Source: Endomicrobiales bacterium (GTDB taxonomy: Bacteria; Elusimicrobiota; Endomicrobiia; Endomicrobiales; JALOBY01). Taken from it: a stretch of DNA of 64,000 bases. How positions within the stretch are numbered: the first letter of the stretch is position 1; every line of letters starts with the position of its first letter. Shown piece after piece: positions 50,601 to 55,351 of the stretch. Location of the stretch: the NCBI GenBank assembly GCA_963796955.1, contig CAWCNJ010000008.1:288001-352000 (forward strand), in the 5' to 3' direction. The position numbers and the translations under genes are program-made. Below the pieces are notes generated by a model that was not told where the DNA came from, made no database searches, and was given only the letters and a program-made list of their open reading frames with translations.

Positions 50601-52780
50601 CCAACGCGAACCTCTCCGCACCGCGTACGATCGGGCGCGTTCAGGATGGCGTGTCGTCGGGTAACAACGCCGCAGACCTGACATCATTTACGTCCAACAG
50701 CTACGGTATGCGCAACTACAATCCTACGCCGGCAACGGCGAATACATTCACCTACCCTGCCACCGGCGGCGTGCTGCCGCGCACCTTTAAGATGACGTTC
50801 GCGCTTGGCGCCAACTCCAGCGCGGGCGCAAATAACACGGTCGTATTTACCAGGACCGGCGGCAGCCCCGATCAGCATTCGCCACACATTTACAGAATGT
50901 TGGATGCAGGCGTTAACACCGGCATAACCTCTTCCCAGAATGTTGTGCAGACCGGCGTATCCTTTAACGATCAGGACGGCGCCTCGCTCGTCGACGGCGC
51001 TGTCTATACTATTGCGCTGCTGACCTCCAATGCAGCTGGTGCAGCTCCGGCCGTAACTCATACGTCCGTTACCTACGACGCCACGGTGCATTTGGCGCAG
51101 CTGTCTGACAACACGCCGGTGCGCGGCAATGTAGGCTGCGTGACCCCGGTAATGAAGCTGACTCTGACGAACCGTTCAGCGGCCGGCGCGAACGCGATAA
51201 AGTTCTCCAGCATGACGGTAGCCTTTACTCAGGCCGACGGCGTAACACCATTGAGCGGGGCTCAGGAAGCAGCCCTTTTCTCGTCAATAAGTGTCTTCGC
51301 CGATAACATAACCAACGGCACTCAGGGCACGTATCAAAGGGATATCGACACGGACGAATGGGGAAAACTCACTTCTCTCAATACCTCATCCGGCCGCCAG
51401 ACTATTGTGGCGGAAAATCCGGGCGCCGCTATCAGTTCGGTCGCGCCAAACAGCTCGAAGACCTATTTTGTCACGGTAACGCTTACGGCCAATGCAAACG
51501 TGAACGGAAGCTACAGAGCACTGCTTGCTCCGGCTACGGATGTTGCATGGCTTGACGCCGCTACGGATGTCCCGCAGGTCTCCAGCGGCACTACGGTACT
51601 GACGGTCGTCTCAAGCGCGACCGTGCCTGCTCAGGCACCTGCCGGATCGTCCTATCCCTCAGCCATTTCAACGCCCGGCATCCAGCTGAACAGCTTCATG
51701 TCGGTAGGCTTAACCGGCACCGCCCCCGCCTCCATGGATGACGCCTCCGTAATGGCCGCCGGTTCCGACGGTTTCGTTCACGCCCTCGACGCGGACGGCA
51801 ACGCCAAATGGCAGTTCAACGCGGGCAGCCCGATAACCGCCACCTACGAAACCAGCTATCTGGGCGATGAGGGCAACGACACGAACGGCAACCCGCTCAG
51901 GTACCTTTACGTCGCGACCCAGGGCGGCCAGCTTTACAAGATACAGGATAATGATTCATCGATGTCCAACGTCTGGGGCGGCGCGCAGGAACTGGGTTCG
52001 CCGGTTACCAGCGAGATAGCGGAATACGGCATGGACGTGACCCACGTCTTCCTGGGTACCGCCGACGGGAAGATCCATAAGATCAACACCGATGGCAGCG
52101 CCGTGCCGGGCTGGAGCATGGCATCGGGCATCAGCGGATCGCCGCTGGGCGTGCCGGCGATAGACGAGTTCAGCAGCGGCGTCAACGCCCTGTGGTTCGG
52201 CACCGGGAACGGACAGATATACCGCATAAACAATGTCGATGGGTCCATCACATCATCGTCGGCGACCGCCACCGCTATCAGGACGTCACCCTATATATTC
52301 GCCGGTTTCGGTGACACATCAAGAAATTCCCATAATATTTATTTCGGCGATGACGATGGTAATTTCAAGTGCCGCACCTCCAGCAATTTAAAGACAAAGC
52401 CCGCCCAGTGGAATGATGTACACGTCAGTTCGCCGGTACGCGGCTCCCCGGTCTATGCTCTTGACAACCAGTCCATGATCTTCGGCTGCGACGATGGCAG
52501 GATCTACAAAGTTGACATAAACAACGGATCCATTTATTGGAGTTTCCAGACTCGAGGCCCGGTGCGCACCATGCCTTTGTGCACCGGCGATGCGGTATAC
52601 TTCGGCTCTGATGACGGCAACTTTTACGGATTGGATATGAACGGGAATCTACTGCCGAAATTCCCGATAAGCACGGGCGCCGAGATCCGTACCAACGCCA
52701 TTTATGACAACAGGACCGGCCATGCGAACCACATATATTTCGGATCGAACAACGGAAAGATCTACTGCATAGAACCGTAG
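15744..52780 (+). CDS. Giant secreted repeat protein (~12,345 aa after repairing five 1-nt indels) with an N-terminal S24/S26 peptidase domain, Ig/FN3-like repeats, two WNG/WDG propeller-like modules, lamin-tail-like domains and a C-terminal PQQ-type propeller
   Basis: Five consecutive + strand ORFs carry the same repeat families and join mid-domain; indels at ~29509, ~30015, ~37447-37450, ~37532-37534 and ~45762-45764 identified by comparison with sister repeats. Confidence 0.8.
18180..20270 (+). repeat. Seven diverged ~99-100-aa Ig/FN3-like coding repeats
   Basis: Units spaced 297-300 bp, each with FSW, YILQ(L/V)ST..F and mostly QSSYTWRVNVQD(Y/W)A.NYTTS. Confidence 0.85.
21650..31290 (+). 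repeat. Near-identical ~1071-bp (357-aa) intragenic tandem repeats, about 9 units
   Basis: Homologous anchor codons at 22347, 23418, 24489, 25560, 26631, 27711, 28782 and 29858; long stretches identical at DNA level. Confidence 0.92.
29519..30076 (+). CDS. Fragment 2 of the giant gene (between two 1-nt deletions)
   Basis: Translation matches the 357-aa repeat; no independent start signal seen. Confidence 0.6.
   Translation: MSSHDLGLKNYTNFYDPLVAGRSPGASGLNSIQYYISTATAMSGSIPVKNWTAIPGLTLGTTWYTSNWQIDFASLPGAVTCYVSVQAADLAGNTSTYVDAFRVFKSTIAAPAITNNQTGDYTWYISSNVFTTKQYDVDFQSLDNDYISSVTVQAWSGLAQSGSKYVTGPLLFLPAQYCLIPRTGR
30049..37467 (+). CDS. Fragment 3 of the giant gene
   Basis: Begins mid-repeat (SYTQNWALTPAP); NQxGDxxWR repeats, TWTAPGDDG FN3-like domains, first propeller-like module. 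Confidence 0.7.
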   Translation: MSYTQNWALTPAPFTGLAPEYIWNLLHEGTNYITVQSFDMALDSSTKQDAFFVLKDTNGPTITSNQSGDNTWRNAVGTVYNVDFQDLISGTTEADYLIKDGSGNQLFGWTPVFTNAGGVGSYTTDWPISGGAFNALPDGSTGYVYLRSFDKAGNVTMNLTPSFFILKDTDTPTVTVAAQKYYMSSRDFGARNYTNFYDPLVPGQSPGASGLNAIQYYISTATAMSGSIPVKNWTAIPGLAVGTTWFTSNWQIDFASLPGAVTCYVSVSAADLAGNTSTYVDAFRIFRSTVLAPAIVINEAADYNWYGASTPFVSRLHDIDFDSFDNDFISTVTASAYSLPSLGGTQRFADTIIIATGTVYAYTANWPLTPVVSAAPEYLWNLLAEGTNYISLQAYDIMNDSTPAVDAFRVFKDTTPPVISNLMAGGDNTWRNSNSATYNVGLRDILSGLGSADYIIHANSYTGTLLQDWSSINTITIGSTLYNGAPWSISAAAWNAIPEGTTAYVSVRVFDRASVGASQDCFYILKDTTPPTVPVTTAPATNAILASANVNFSWNGSTDTVSHVDHYDIVAATSSDFGNIRYSATVPANAASALLSESTWYWKVRSADTAGNASAYSTAVSFTVSTSAPSGPLLSAPLNGATTNVMLINYRWQPVTAGPAGLAGYEIYLSTASDFSVFTTSGFTTNTNINRTLPSAAYYWQVYARDNAGLRSPSLTYTVVIDTIPPVIVNNQSGDDTWRNSGGTSYNVDFFDSGSGLKNIQYAVWTSSDQTSGQRLAWADIDAVSGQAAYTLNWQLNFAALAENATNYVSVRAIDQLQQYTTYWNAFYVKKDQTIPTVTNNEAGGDATWRMDNSHAYNVTFADGGGSLLGSFEVRITTGANATGTLIQDWTALQTGINAANYSAPWQIPSGIFNAMQQGQNYVSVRVTDTASNSRTITDAFYVLKDTTPPTFTNNQAGDTIWRNNSAGLYDVDMHDVGAGLSGFEVRASSVTDGSAYLTPWTVAVTSATADYTMNWPLPALVWNALTTSVTGYISIRSSDTAGNYALLNNAFFVLKDTVVPTISNNQSGDNVWRRIPDGSYNMDFADLGGSRLQKFQIRSSTVGYGAVPLTFDWTDGGTNITGLSAFSTFYIQQTQFDLLAPGTNYISVRVYDIAGSTAEAVNAFYVLKDTQAPTGIATGPAFYNTHTVPVTLSAFDNGPSGIKYVKLFWTTDTGSPYTWNQFGSTFTSIPINFTVAADGTYGFRVVAFDNAMNSDETDPPPVTLAPETGTLVSSQGPTIVKNVSGDSTWRSASGTLYNIDFVDPVSLIDTAQYVVWTGPANTGTKVKDWTNITASTRVASYVQDWPVDFTALISSVNYVSVRAWNMAGTTTTVVDAFYILKDTTPPSVSGLPSGDSKWRSAQVSYPLTLADNGSLLSNAQYAVFSLPVFGGSSIIPWTAFASGISSSSYSTPLSLDFASLPQAATNYVSLKVTDIAGNITIVTDAFYVLKDTTPPSVVNNQAGDNTWRNTSGTLYDVDFFDNGGSKIDTLQYTVWTATGGAGIQTIPWTAIALGVNTTSYTNNWPVNFSALADGTSNYVSVRAWDTAGSTFTALDVFHIYKDVTGPSIINNQSGDNTWRSISNGFYDVDFQDTIDGVSSFQVRVWSGPGQTGAMNSDWTTVAQNINSFVYSANWQLPSAVFNAMATGKNYVSLRAFDNSSNESDLIDAFYVYKDTLAPTITDNQSGDFTWRNSGGTLYNVDFNDPDSLLLSAQYSAWSAPGQTGTQSLAWSDIASGIYAGTYNADWPVNFDLLSSGTNYISVQVRDSAGNVTVSTNVFVIYKDTVVPAAITDLVLSGGAGTPQGQIRLTWTAPGDDGKTAGPAVSYAVRFATFTINNENDYTAATVFANSWLPGNPNAIENTHSVTGLDTTKTYAVSVRAIDKAGSQGSLSNAGSLTAPGPDTTPPGIITNLSATAGGFGGQIRLTWTAPGNDNYTGTAAYYTLKWSLTPILSISDWNDLTNTTTYIQSWVPQAGGATEDVTLTDTQCGGFMAGTTYYFAICAFDGVNNIINVSNSASSAPQNTAARSGMYAWGMGANAAPDYRFWQPPAWGATNAGVAAIATIRWSKLVSCPLVKNEKLLGLETYDGTGEPAANFYLQRWDGSTNQWSGTAPFGKQNSGTGNLYSTRRCFDIAYEQNSGRALIAWWDATASQIRYEVWSSTAQAMIGGGTLNIQSGASGTIYFIRLEPQPETDRIMLATLDSNSRIFASVWNGPLNGNTGWDTTVSTRTVTTTASVNTRQCYDIAWEADSGRCMVFWGQGTALQYDLWSSTMSEAFPTKNAWLTPAGGNTGPTGASLPATFNWLKLAANPNTTTSPDDSRNYIAMTSADGSNDWNVAIWNGSTWSGVPAEDPTMASSATRWTDLAWEKDTNRCMFVAAHTASTTMSYLAYSQAQGWHNPVNNAAATPLSAPRDTYAFSGAIAILKTGQRP
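37555..45828 (+). CDS. Fragment 4 of the giant gene
   Basis: Continues the NQxGDxxWR..TNY(I/V)SVRAxD..DAFY(V/I)LKD repeats; no signal peptide. Confidence 0.7.
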   Translation: MLETTSSGGAAYESFAYDFDKQDIIPPTITDHQTGDNKWLASNTHTYNVDFADAGDSHLSYYQIKITTGPAQTGALILDWTTQANLYPSDSYTADWSIANSTFTAMREGKNYVSVRVYDNAKNLASLSDAFYVLKDTTPPTTTVLFSPPDTTFTSNQNITFQWNGATDTASGIQGYEFNISTAQNFSVIYSSSYVTARADALTLPSQAYYWRVRAQDNADQFGAFSSTFSVTVSTAGPSIMNNLTGGDTTWRNAPVTYNVDFNASPSKLDTAQYTVWSSTGRTGTQLINWTTIFINLGAASYTTDWPVNFNLLPNGTSYVSVRVWDTAGSTSSLNDAFFIRKDNQPPSIANNQEGDPVWRVAGGTSYNVDFFDIGGSLLDKAQYAVYRSTGMQGAAVIGWTDIAASISSAAYTTDWQVNFPALASGINNVSVRGIDVAGSSTTVQDAFYILKDTQAPTAVNNIPGGLAWKAANTGTYDFELADAGGSLLAHFEVSACTAAALGSPSLSGWVPVATNISSDSFKTPWPLPQAVWDTLAQTTTNYISVSATDLAGNTTIFVDAFQVLKDTIAPVIVNNQSGDTTWRGNSGTQYSVNFFDLGGAGLDHIQYAVWASSSQQGSQIIPWTDIAALPVGATSYTTPWQLNFSLLGSATNFVSVRAFDHAGTAAMLTDAFYVLKDALAPTINNNQTGDTAWRAAGGSTYNVYFNDAGGSLLSTFQVRIGTTPAQAAPYTLDWTTVISNMNTPSYSTPWQLPAGAFDTLLSGVTNFVSVRTWDNAGSTTTLSDAFYILKDTIAPSISINEVQDDTWYANDPGTLHAVSFSDQGGSKLKNLLYTARSSTGGIVIDLTAIALSVNATGYQTPWNVNFSRMAPGYNYISLQADDLAGNTTYYANAFYVKKDTAAPSIIVDPALANGDLSWQNSGGKVYNVDFFAQGVSNLDTIQYAVYAAPNRGGAPLINWTTIGIAPLNTLSYTTDWAVAFSQLAEGATNYVSVRCWNITGTTTTVNDAFRIFKDVTNPSIIDPVPGDDTVWRSANNGLYNIDFYDAPQFGSKLSNMQTLISTAAYQSGTVLQDWYTQSLRLNTTSYAADWPLDQVSFNAMREGANYVSVRAFDNAGNSYELTDAFFVLKDTEAPVVTNAQSGDNTWRSANAGTYAVSFYDLPEHNGSQLSRFQVRASTVAFGAAPLVFDWSDNTLAINSTYYVTPWQLNSTLWNLLPSGTSYISVRAQDNALQYSTPVNAFYIMKDTIAPTITDNQSGDYTWRVTSATVYDVDFQDLHSQLAAAQWTSYTSAGLGGTQSAPWSDISIGGPTPSFTANWALGSAGWNLLAAGTNYISVRAWDVAGTTATRTDAFVVLKDTSGPDIINSQTGYDSWLNANPGALWNVNFRDTLSMLSTAQYRISASTMLSSPLTGWTTIYTYTPGQAVYNSAWAITQADWALMPQGTSYVTVRAFDNLSNATTGYDVFYVRKDTTAPNVVDAQPAITALTPADLSALNVSVYDSGFSGFAGIQYTVRPSSGLPGSYIINWTTLPSVTVGATWYAAPWTIETQFSTLPNGASSYLSLRATDLAGNTTTFADAVVIYKNATGPSIISNQPGDNTWRDSVAGVTYNVDFQSNSGNNLSYFEVRICTGTGQASDKIVADWFTITQNINNVLYTADWAIPVSTFNVLPQGKNYISIRVHDTGGAVTTMLDVFYIKKDTAAPVITDLQAAPTSYYTSGQLFDVDFNDQGAGLSSAQYLISTSSTNIAGTAIGGWTNIFSGAPVASFTTNWPISNDLLLQEWTTNYISVRAFDALNHCTTTYAAFAVWKDTTAPSVPVLSAPLDNLTTSYANQSFGWSASSDLRSGLAGYEFIISTDPAFAVYTASSTLSATTFGLTLNSGQYYWKVRAYDVAGNRSLYSPSNSLLIATALPVITNNQTGSTTWYGADPGAIWNITFADLGSGLTTAQYRIWSGPGHTGTMLADWQNIFTSTGTPGYNTVWPIQFGLCAEGTNYISVQCFNRVGLSATLDDAFYVRKDTSAPVTANNEAGGDPVWRSAPKAAGYDVDFRDNYSGLNTAEYAANTLPAMNGTTVINWTPIFQNIGQASYTNNWQVAFASLHEGGTNYISVRVSDNLQHLTTYYDVFFVLKDITKPQIANNMAPGSDGIWHATDPGAHYDVDFFDLPQNGAVLSKFQTKAMSGSLQSGATIWDWTDHTAENGTTINATYYVQPWSVNFSAAVEGKNYISVRAYDYAGNMDTLSDAFFVLKDTTPPTVVYNQAGDATWRANNDTAYNVDFLDAPGGSGIDHFEVATATMPGVTGTNWTTVITSATFAYTADWQLPTSIWNGMMNATTNYVWARVFDTAGNLTVSTSAVFFVQKDTSAVTITNNETTGHYSAWVNASSSYDVDMLSSGASLLSGAQYCAYTGTNRTGSQRFDWTPLPGFTGGTSSFTTNWQLAPADFALLSDGTANWISVRCWNVAHATATALDVFYVRKDTTPSTAPGLVTPTDGTALNNNTVSFSWGTGSDTASGIAGYELYVSTTASFAVFTTSAQAASTIKTVQVPSGSYFWYARAVDAAGNRSLLGSYYSLIVDTIAPTAVPALTTPANNISTNTTTVSFSWQQAADTISGVKQYTLQLSTAPDFSVINFSSATATNGASLSVVQSSYSWRVLAQDGAGNISAPSQVYSIIVDSTAPSVPMLVSPLTGGATNQLAVHFDWNAVNDTPSGVADYELTASTAADFSVFTASIAVAGIGDFHGTSVQGLLLARAGHR
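45692..52780 (+). CDS. Fragment 5 (C-terminus) of the giant gene
   Basis: Ig/FN3 repeats, second propeller-like module, lamin-tail-like VYINEV..WVELYN and VFINEI..FVELY, PQQ-type repeats (VYFGSDDGNFYGLD, IYFGSNNGKIYC). Confidence 0.7.
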   Translation: MRTTNSRHQRRPTSASLPPRSPLRESATSMALPSRVYFWHVRAIDNARNQSAYSTAFSLTVDSIAPNTPVLLQPLAASATNYEPIGFSWSPSADALSGLSAYVLQLATSTDFALIAFSSVTVATNASLSPVQSSYTWRVIAYDQAGNVAVSTQSFSVVFDTTPPAAVALLTSPSNPTVSGNTLVPFSWTAALDDTAGIANYTIELSTAPDFSRIAISSVTAATAATITVVESSYSWRVRSTDRAGNTNTGSPVYSLVIDTDAPSIVINEGAPLWTNSGRPYDVDFFDYLSGVNVASYTARTAPGLGGAQLIAWTTVFLNLNAQAYTTDWPVNFSLLAPGTNYISVRAADMLGNTSSYTDAFKILKDTIAPANITNLAGFTGTNAGEINLSWTAPADDALTDPGNRQVSAYIIKYSAVNFTDINNFLTSGTTAYSSLSAHTVSYSETTTITTLSEGSTFYIGIIAVDKAGNYSAGVSTSVAASKRVPPGAVTTLTAVTGGLPGEIDISWLAPADNGYTGAPAAGYLIKFSTTQINSEATFISATTSTLSGTFTPASPGSPELRTIQGLITSATYYIALKAYDAAGNYSLLSTTASAAAAPSGPAEGMAAFGEGSNAAPQFASWTGSSWNASQDALSGAPNTRYLRLKSCNVLRDQKIMGALTYDGTTAPDGDLYVQVWNGQLGSWINPTTGISGSAYRMNANQGTLYSAYRGFDIAYEQLSGRALIVYSDGVSGQVSYRVWSSTQNAWSTGVKTLTMSGATGDAYWIKTKSRPGTDDILLGVLTSNSNVFTAVWHGTGEFLSVSTRTCSTTASIATKEAFDVDWEAQDGRGMIVWGQGAVTPWNRYDLWSSSNSAWLSGSAIPTGYTGPITGATVNWLSIAADPNSNRIALSSEDSANDWNVTVWSGSAWATSTELTANDSSITSRCGDIAWEKSSGYAMVCGVQASSGTFNWSRYNGTSWTTLSGASVDTYKWSDILGYIELYPDPNTNNIVLLGLDRAGTLRTRTWNGTAWTGGSVLSTLVSGWTVGTIAAYQPAELALDLQDSIAPTIANNQTGDTAWRNASGLYRVSFTDSGGSHLSQVRTSVYTGPASGQRGNQLKDYSNGGPDISGINSDTYNTNWPLTQNTWSLLQNGTNYISIMVYDNAANQTELLDAFYVLKDTIAPVITNNESQTPVWENTGRPYNISFADQANLSKLDTVQYTAYSAPAQGGTQIMPWTSIANVNNTVSLSALNLNYNLLSANTNYISIRAWDIAGTTTAVIDAFILLKDTQPPANTTTLAAVQGPYRGTIDVSWIAPGDDGTTVFNGNGLYDLRVASYPISSQPLFDSATVYALLKPVAQPGAIESLTVTGLSVGTTYYFALRTRDKVPNYSAISNTAGAFPRGESVYINEVFAAGNGSWVELYNNLASSVSLSGWTLQYNGGTIDAPATYNTVWTAVAGSSIPVGGIYVISGLNLSGSNSYHVRLLDNNAAPRIVDIVQWPVLPAGSSFARITDGNPALLEIDPTPTPGLLNYSTSTAVFINEIDYASNAQFVELYSTSASVITMSSYTIRNMNRNPFTFTRKIYPSAFTVIDNSSVDTYARTWATCMGGALSSSCDNITLENASGQVQDRVVWCNGTPSYYNYKAALVPYDTPANANLSAPRTIGRVQDGVSSGNNAADLTSFTSNSYGMRNYNPTPATANTFTYPATGGVLPRTFKMTFALGANSSAGANNTVVFTRTGGSPDQHSPHIYRMLDAGVNTGITSSQNVVQTGVSFNDQDGASLVDGAVYTIALLTSNAAGAAPAVTHTSVTYDATVHLAQLSDNTPVRGNVGCVTPVMKLTLTNRSAAGANAIKFSSMTVAFTQADGVTPLSGAQEAALFSSISVFADNITNGTQGTYQRDIDTDEWGKLTSLNTSSGRQTIVAENPGAAISSVAPNSSKTYFVTVTLTANANVNGSYRALLAPATDVAWLDAATDVPQVSSGTTVLTVVSSATVPAQAPAGSSYPSAISTPGIQLNSFMSVGLTGTAPASMDDASVMAAGSDGFVHALDADGNAKWQFNAGSPITATYETSYLGDEGNDTNGNPLRYLYVATQGGQLYKIQDNDSSMSNVWGGAQELGSPVTSEIAEYGMDVTHVFLGTADGKIHKINTDGSAVPGWSMASGISGSPLGVPAIDEFSSGVNALWFGTGNGQIYRINNVDGSITSSSATATAIRTSPYIFAGFGDTSRNSHNIYFGDDDGNFKCRTSSNLKTKPAQWNDVHVSSPVRGSPVYALDNQSMIFGCDDGRIYKVDINNGSIYWSFQTRGPVRTMPLCTGDAVYFGSDDGNFYGLDMNGNLLPKFPISTGAEIRTNAIYDNRTGHANHIYFGSNNGKIYCIEP

Positions 52781-52795
52781 GGATAGGAGCGGCTT

Positions 52796-55339
52796 ATGAA
52801 GCGTTATGTACTCACTATACTTATTTTATGCGCTCCAATAATTGCCTGGAGCGCCAGCTGGCCTATGTTCCGCGGCACGCCGCAGCGCACCGGCGCCGCG
52901 CGTGAACAGGCAGAGCCGACGCTGACCCCGTTGTGGCAGTTCCAGACACAGACCAACATAGTTTCTTCGCCCGTCGTCTATAAGGGCAGCGTTTACTTTG
53001 GAACGCGTGACAATTCTATCTGGTCCCTGAACGCGCGTACGGGAGCCCAGGAATGGAATTTTTCGACCGGAGGCTGGGTGGACGCAACGCCCTGCGTCAG
53101 TTCCGATACGGTTTACTGCCCCAGCCGCGATCAGAACCTCTATGCCATAAACCGCCTCACCGGCGAACTGAAATGGAAAACACCGACCGGTTCAACAGAC
53201 GTCTCATCGCCGTTGCTTGACGGCAACAAATTATATTTTGTCAGCGGATCGCCGGCCTCCGCTCTTTACGAGATCAACGCATTGAACGGTAATATCATAC
53301 GGAGCTATCCGTTGGGCAGCTTCGGGTTTTCTTCGCCTGCGATCAGCAATGGGGTACTGTACTTCGGCACGAACGACGGGACACTGCACGCCCTGGATAT
53401 TTCGTCGGGGGCCATGAAATGGGAGCTATCAACGAAAAGCAACATCGGCTTCGGCTGCATGGTCGTTAACGCTGCGGCCGTCTATGCCATAGCGGGAGGG
53501 GACGAGCAAACCTTGTTCGCGATCAATCCCCAGACGGGCGCGATCCTGTGGCAGTCCGTCCAGCTGGACACTGAAACCGCCGTGGTCTCTTCCATAGCCG
53601 CGACCGATGACGCCGTTTACGCCATCTGTTCTAAAACTCTTACCATCGACGGCAACCCGCCGGTGAGCGATTGCCGTCTCATCCTGTATTCTTTCCCGTT
53701 GACCGGCGCGACCCCGCAATCGGCGCGCTGGAGCGCGGACGTCGGCGCGGCTAACCAGATAGGTATCGTCGCCTCGCCCTGCATAGCAGGGGACATAATT
53801 TACACAGCCTCGGGTGACGGTACGCTCTACGCCCTGCAGGCCTCGAACGGCAATTATATCTCGCCCTGGACAGGTCTGCCGCAATCAGTTTCCACGGGCA
53901 CCTATTTAAGCTATTCGGGTATCGATACCTCCACGGGCATAGTCGCATCCCCGACGGTATCTAACGGCGTAGTTTATGTGAACACGTATGACGGTTCAGT
54001 GTGGGCCCTGCAGGCCGGCAACGCCGCCGCTCTATCCTCACCCGACAATGCGGATACCGTAACGAACCAAACATTTATTTACGGCACCGCGCTCAACAGA
54101 ACGTTGACCGGCTATACTATCGATTATGCACCGGGAACTAACCCGGCCCCATCGCAATGGGCCACCATAACAACGGCCACCAGCCCGGTGAACAATGCTG
54201 CCTTAGGTGCATGGAATACACGGAGCCTGGCTGATGGAACGTACACCATACGTCTGACGGTAAACAACAATTCACTGGCGCCGGCGGCAAACACCTTCGT
54301 TATAGATAACTCACCAAAAGAACCCGAACATATCAAGGCGGCAGACACACCCCTTGACGGCGGAGGATCTCTTACGATAACCTGGGGCCTTTCGGCCGAC
54401 GACGGGGCCGGCAATAACGACGTGCGCTCCTATCAGCTCTACAAAAGCACCTGGTCGGGCGGTTTCGCTCCGCTCGTAAAACTTAACGCGGGCGTAACGA
54501 CCTACATAGACACCAATTGTCCGGTATACACGACATACTATTACATCGTCACCGCGCTGGACAACTCAAGTGAATCCGGATCTTTGGGTACAGCATCGGC
54601 ATTCTCGATCGCGGACGGTGTGATGATAGATCCGAACCTCGGTTATAATGTGCCTTTAACGATCAATGGGCTGACGACCTATCTGGTGATCGAGCCTCAC
54701 ACGTTCTCAAACACCGTGTATGCAGGCATCAGCGTTCCCGAAAGCGTGACGGCCACCGGGGTGGGAAGATCTCACGCGACAGCGATCGAAAGAGAATTCA
54801 GCGTGAGCCCCGCTAACACGAAATTCCTTAAACCGGTCACTATAAAGGTGCCATACACTCCGTCGGATGCTGCCGGCATAAACAGGGAGAATCTCCGCCT
54901 CTACTGGTGGGACGCCGCGAGTAACGAATGGCGCGTTATCAATACCTCAGACCCTTCCAGCGAAGATGGGAGCGTTTGGGCCGTGATACCGAATTTTTAT
55001 ACCAATGGCCGGCTCACGTGCCGCATAATGGGCTATGTGCCGGGTTCCGAAGAACTGTTGCAGGAGGACAAGGTCTACACCTATCCAAACCCCGCCAAAG
55101 GCGAGAAACTCTCATTTAAATATTATCTCGGCAGCAAAGCCGACATAAAGATCGACGTATATAACGTCGCGGGCCAGCCGATAGCGCACCTGGAAAAAGA
55201 CAACAACCCCGCCGGCATAGCATCAGAGCTGGAGTGGAACATGAACGATATCGCCAGCGGTGTCTACATCTGGCGAATAGAAGCAAGATCAGACAGCGAG
55301 ACAAAAGCTATCAAGAAAAAACTGGCTATCATCCATTAA
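52796..55339 (+). CDS. Secreted PQQ-type (BamB-like) beta-propeller protein with FN3-like domain and T9SS-like C-terminal sorting domain
   Basis: Signal peptide, WPMFRGTPQRTG, SSPVV..VYFGT..W repeats, C-terminal YTYPNP..IDVYNVAG..WN..ASGVYIWRI..KKLAIIH; AGGAG RBS. Confidence 0.85.
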   Translation: MKRYVLTILILCAPIIAWSASWPMFRGTPQRTGAAREQAEPTLTPLWQFQTQTNIVSSPVVYKGSVYFGTRDNSIWSLNARTGAQEWNFSTGGWVDATPCVSSDTVYCPSRDQNLYAINRLTGELKWKTPTGSTDVSSPLLDGNKLYFVSGSPASALYEINALNGNIIRSYPLGSFGFSSPAISNGVLYFGTNDGTLHALDISSGAMKWELSTKSNIGFGCMVVNAAAVYAIAGGDEQTLFAINPQTGAILWQSVQLDTETAVVSSIAATDDAVYAICSKTLTIDGNPPVSDCRLILYSFPLTGATPQSARWSADVGAANQIGIVASPCIAGDIIYTASGDGTLYALQASNGNYISPWTGLPQSVSTGTYLSYSGIDTSTGIVASPTVSNGVVYVNTYDGSVWALQAGNAAALSSPDNADTVTNQTFIYGTALNRTLTGYTIDYAPGTNPAPSQWATITTATSPVNNAALGAWNTRSLADGTYTIRLTVNNNSLAPAANTFVIDNSPKEPEHIKAADTPLDGGGSLTITWGLSADDGAGNNDVRSYQLYKSTWSGGFAPLVKLNAGVTTYIDTNCPVYTTYYYIVTALDNSSESGSLGTASAFSIADGVMIDPNLGYNVPLTINGLTTYLVIEPHTFSNTVYAGISVPESVTATGVGRSHATAIEREFSVSPANTKFLKPVTIKVPYTPSDAAGINRENLRLYWWDAASNEWRVINTSDPSSEDGSVWAVIPNFYTNGRLTCRIMGYVPGSEELLQEDKVYTYPNPAKGEKLSFKYYLGSKADIKIDVYNVAGQPIAHLEKDNNPAGIASELEWNMNDIASGVYIWRIEARSDSETKAIKKKLAIIH

Positions 55340-55351
55340 TCGAGGCCTCGC

